Below are positions 54,961-64,000 of a stretch of 64,000 nt of DNA, one piece after another. The stretch spans positions 145,886,001-145,950,000 of the forward strand of contig OX597816.1 of assembly GCA_951406725.2 (NCBI GenBank), read 5' to 3'. The position numbers and the translations under genes were made by a program. The stretch is from Octopus vulgaris. Lineage: Eukaryota. Under the pieces are notes generated by a model. It had not been told where the DNA came from, searched no databases, and saw only the letters and a program-made list of their open reading frames with translations. The first letter of the stretch is position 1. Every line of letters starts with the position of its first letter.

Positions 54961-55658
54961 TAATAATAATAATAATAATAATAAATAATCATTATTATCA
55001 TTATTATTACCATTTTAATGAATAGTTCCACCAGGAATGATGTGTAGAATTAATACTATAAAATGAACATCGAAAATCAATCTATTGATTACGTTAAAGG
55101 AATATCATTAAGTATATGATGAAAGAAAAATGTATTGTAAATTTAATCAAGTTTATTTAATCAATAAAAAATGCTATTGTTCTCGATTGTTATAAATTAA
55201 CATGAGCTGATAAATTGGCTATAGAGATTTCTTGTGACACAAGGAGATTTTTTTAGTTATAAGTCGTCTCTTTTTATCCATGATACGTGGCTGATCTGGA
55301 AAGAACCTGTAAATTATTACCTCTACTATTGTAAAACATTTACATACAATATTCAACGTTAATCACACAATATGTTACTTGATTCTCAGTGTATTGTTCT
55401 GCTTCTCTCATTTCATCTAGGTTTCATCCTCATATAAATCTCTAAGTATTTTCGGACCTTATGAAGTTTCTGTGTACCTTTTGTCGGGTGAATATTTTCC
55501 TTTACCATGCAGACACCTGTTTATACGTTCACCTTAATTTCTATAATGGTAACTAATGAGAGTGTTATAGTTTTCCAGACTATTAGGTAACGCTCAATTT
55601 GATTTTTATCTACATCTTACAGTATCTCACAGTCGTATAATCATGACTAATATATGGG

Positions 55659-55830
55659 ATACAGTTCTATATTTGAAAGATAAGGAATTATGTACATTAT
55701 TTACATATAAATCTGACAGATATTTGTCCTCATCTTGTTTGTTGTTAACACAATGTTTCGGGTGATATACTCTCCAGACTTCTTCAGGTGTCCTGGGGAA
55801 ATCTCTAACCTGGTATTTTTCGATGATATT
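55659..55830 (-). mobile_element. Hammerhead-bearing tail of a SINE-like element (left copy)
   Basis: Reverse complement of 60887-61025; GACAC-CTGAAGA...GAAA-CATT-GTGTT. Confidence 0.7.
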
Positions 55831-55845
55831 GTTATTATTATTATT

Positions 55846-55881
<36 letters not shown>

Positions 55882-55884
55882 CTT

Positions 55885-57527
<1,643 letters not shown>

Positions 57528-57542
57528 TCATCATCATCATCA

Positions 57543-57588
<46 letters not shown>

Positions 57589-57591
57589 TAA

Positions 57592-60520
<2,929 letters not shown>

Positions 60521-60568
60521 TATTATTATTATTTATTAATATTATTTATTATTATTATTATTTATTAA

Positions 60569-60644
<76 letters not shown>

Positions 60645-60646
<2 letters not shown>

Positions 60647-60790
60647 AGTCACTGCCTGGAATCGAACTCGGAATGTTGGTGTTAGTAGCCCGCGCGCTTA
60701 ATCATTACACCCAAGAGCATATTGTGTAGGGGTTAAGAGCGCGGTATACTGACCTCAAGATCCTGAGTTCGATTGCATGCAGTGAACTGA
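60645..60790. mobile_element. Head-to-head pair of tRNA-like SINE heads
   Basis: 60645-60712 is a diverged reverse complement of 60716-60790; B-box GAGTTCGATT in both. Confidence 0.75.
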
Positions 60791-60810
60791 ATAATAATAA
60801 TAATAAAAAC

Positions 60811-60886
<76 letters not shown>

Positions 60887-60923
60887 TCGATAAATGAGAA
60901 ATTAGGTTCGAAATTTCCCTCAG

Positions 60924-60969
60924 GTTACCTGAAGAAGGCTGGAGAGTATATCAGCCGAAACGTTGTGTT
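60924..60969 (+). ncRNA. Minimal hammerhead ribozyme motif in the SINE-like tail
   Basis: CTGAAGA 60929-60935; GGCTG/CAGCC stem II; GAAA 60957-60960; palindromic ACGT; GTGTT stem I arm. Confidence 0.7.
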
Positions 60970-62099
60970 AATAGCAAACATGACGAGGACAAATATCCGT
61001 CAAATGTAAATAATATAAATAATGTAATATATTGAATGTTGCAACCTGCAACACAAAATGCATCATTTCACACTCACTCTGCAGCGTCGAGTGCCGGTAA
61101 AGTCATACTAAACACTGAATTTTCAAAGTCTGTAGCTATCATTAGATAACAAGTGGTAGGCCATTTATTAAACAGCCATTCCATCTAGCGAGAATTGTGT
61201 GCAACTTAGTAGAGTCGACTCCAAATATATTTCAACTAAATTGATAATGTGAATATAAAAATAATATTCAATAGCTATAGCGACTCTATTTTTGATTAAA
61301 TATGTTTTGAGGACGCTATTTCTGTTGACTACAGAGAGTTATAAGCATGAAGGATAGAAAAGTAAAAAATAAGTGCTACAATCTACAGAGGTGATATTCC
61401 TAAATATTAGTCAAAAGAAATATCAATAAATTCTTTATATGTTCCATAATGCCTCAATTAATTACCTGCTTACAAATTATTTCTTTTCAATTATTGATCA
61501 TTTGCTGAAATGAAGTATCAATACGAATATGTATATTTGATATATATCAAAAATTATATTACAAATATAAAATAACTTTAACAATACTATTAAATCAACA
61601 TATACATCTACCGAAAATTGAGGAAAAATAATGAAGGTAACGATCAGTGGATTAATTATAAGATGCCAAAAGTAGCCAAATAAAGATTTTTTGCGCATTC
61701 ATTTCATCTGTTCTATGGTTTATATTAAACTGGGCGAAATAATGTTAATCATCACCATTAAAGTTAAATTTATTTGATCTTCAGTGTAAATAAGAAGAAA
61801 AACACACTATGCTCAGTGATATTTGAAATGCCAAGTTTATTTCTGCTTTTTCACGTTAGTGAGGCTTCGTTTTCCGATACGTTATTTATTTCATTTGCTG
61901 GCATTGCCACTGAAGCTTTCAATCTTATTTTTGGAATCTTTGATGTTGTTAGGTTTGATTAATATCATGTTGAATTTATTGCATGCTAAAATTGTGCACT
62001 AAAATATATACAATTTTGCAAGCACACGCGACCACACAGAAAAGCATATGTATAAAAGGAATGGCGTTAACACTCACAAACGATTGCACACAGGTGTAT

Positions 62100-63356
<1,257 letters not shown>

Positions 63357-64000
63357 GATTTACCCTGTGCTTCCCAGTAGTAGTATTATACGTACTTTCA
63401 GGCTTGCGTTTTGGTAACTGTCGTGTGGGAATAGATAACCGAAGAAATAGGTGTCAACATAATTGAGTACGGTTGGATATTTATTTTAAAACCACTAAAA
63501 TTGTTTCCACACAACGTAGTTCTCCCATCGTGCAGATACTTGATTATGCAACTGTTTCCCTGCATTATGAGATGTAGTTGTGTTTCCTCAGGCGATAAAC
63601 AATTATTCAAATAAAAACTCATAAAGAATCAAGAAAACAGGCTATAAAACCAAGAGCACTGCAGACACTGCTAATCAACGAGAACATAACAAAAACAAAA
63701 GTTACCAAAAAAATACAAAAATACTAATAGGGAAAATAATGGCAGCTGTCGCAAGAAATCTGCATGTCCTCTCAGGAATCGATGCATGCAAAAATATCAT
63801 ATAAAAATGCACATGCCGCAATATAAATACGCATATATAGGATCCTCAGAAAACCTGTTTACGTTCCGTTATCGCAAACCTATCTCCACATTCCAGAAGA
63901 TAAGCCGGCGACACGCGACATCACTAGCGGACCCTGTGGGGAGATTCAAATAAGTGAAAATGAAATACGAAGTAGAATGGTCACTAACAAAAAAGTGCTC

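Overview
AT-rich, microsatellite-dense animal genomic DNA. The SINE families and the (TA)n/(TAA)n density suggest an octopus or related cephalopod; this is an inference. No intact protein-coding gene is evident, and most ORFs in the track are microsatellite or antisense artefacts. About half the window is transposon debris: five R4/Dong-type RLE non-LTR elements, almost all abutting (TAA)n; RTE, CR1-like and HERO-like LINE fragments; a ~4.07 kb Ty3/Gypsy element with three LTRs and a GTTAT TSD; a Chapaev3-like DNA transposon; a non-autonomous Helitron; a MITE; tRNA-derived SINEs; and Penelope-like remnants carrying hammerhead ribozyme motifs. Between the repeats, on the minus strand, lie fragments of four to five decayed tandem paralogs of a single-pass receptor (signal peptide, Cys motif, FN3-like segments, TM helix, SEFIR-like tail), most similar by eye to IL-17 receptors. 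The main highlights are (1) this cryptic receptor cluster, (2) a head-to-head pair of tRNA-headed, hammerhead-tailed SINE-like elements, one of which is split by LINE insertions, and (3) the LTR-LTR junction. All homology calls come from motif recognition by eye, without database searches.
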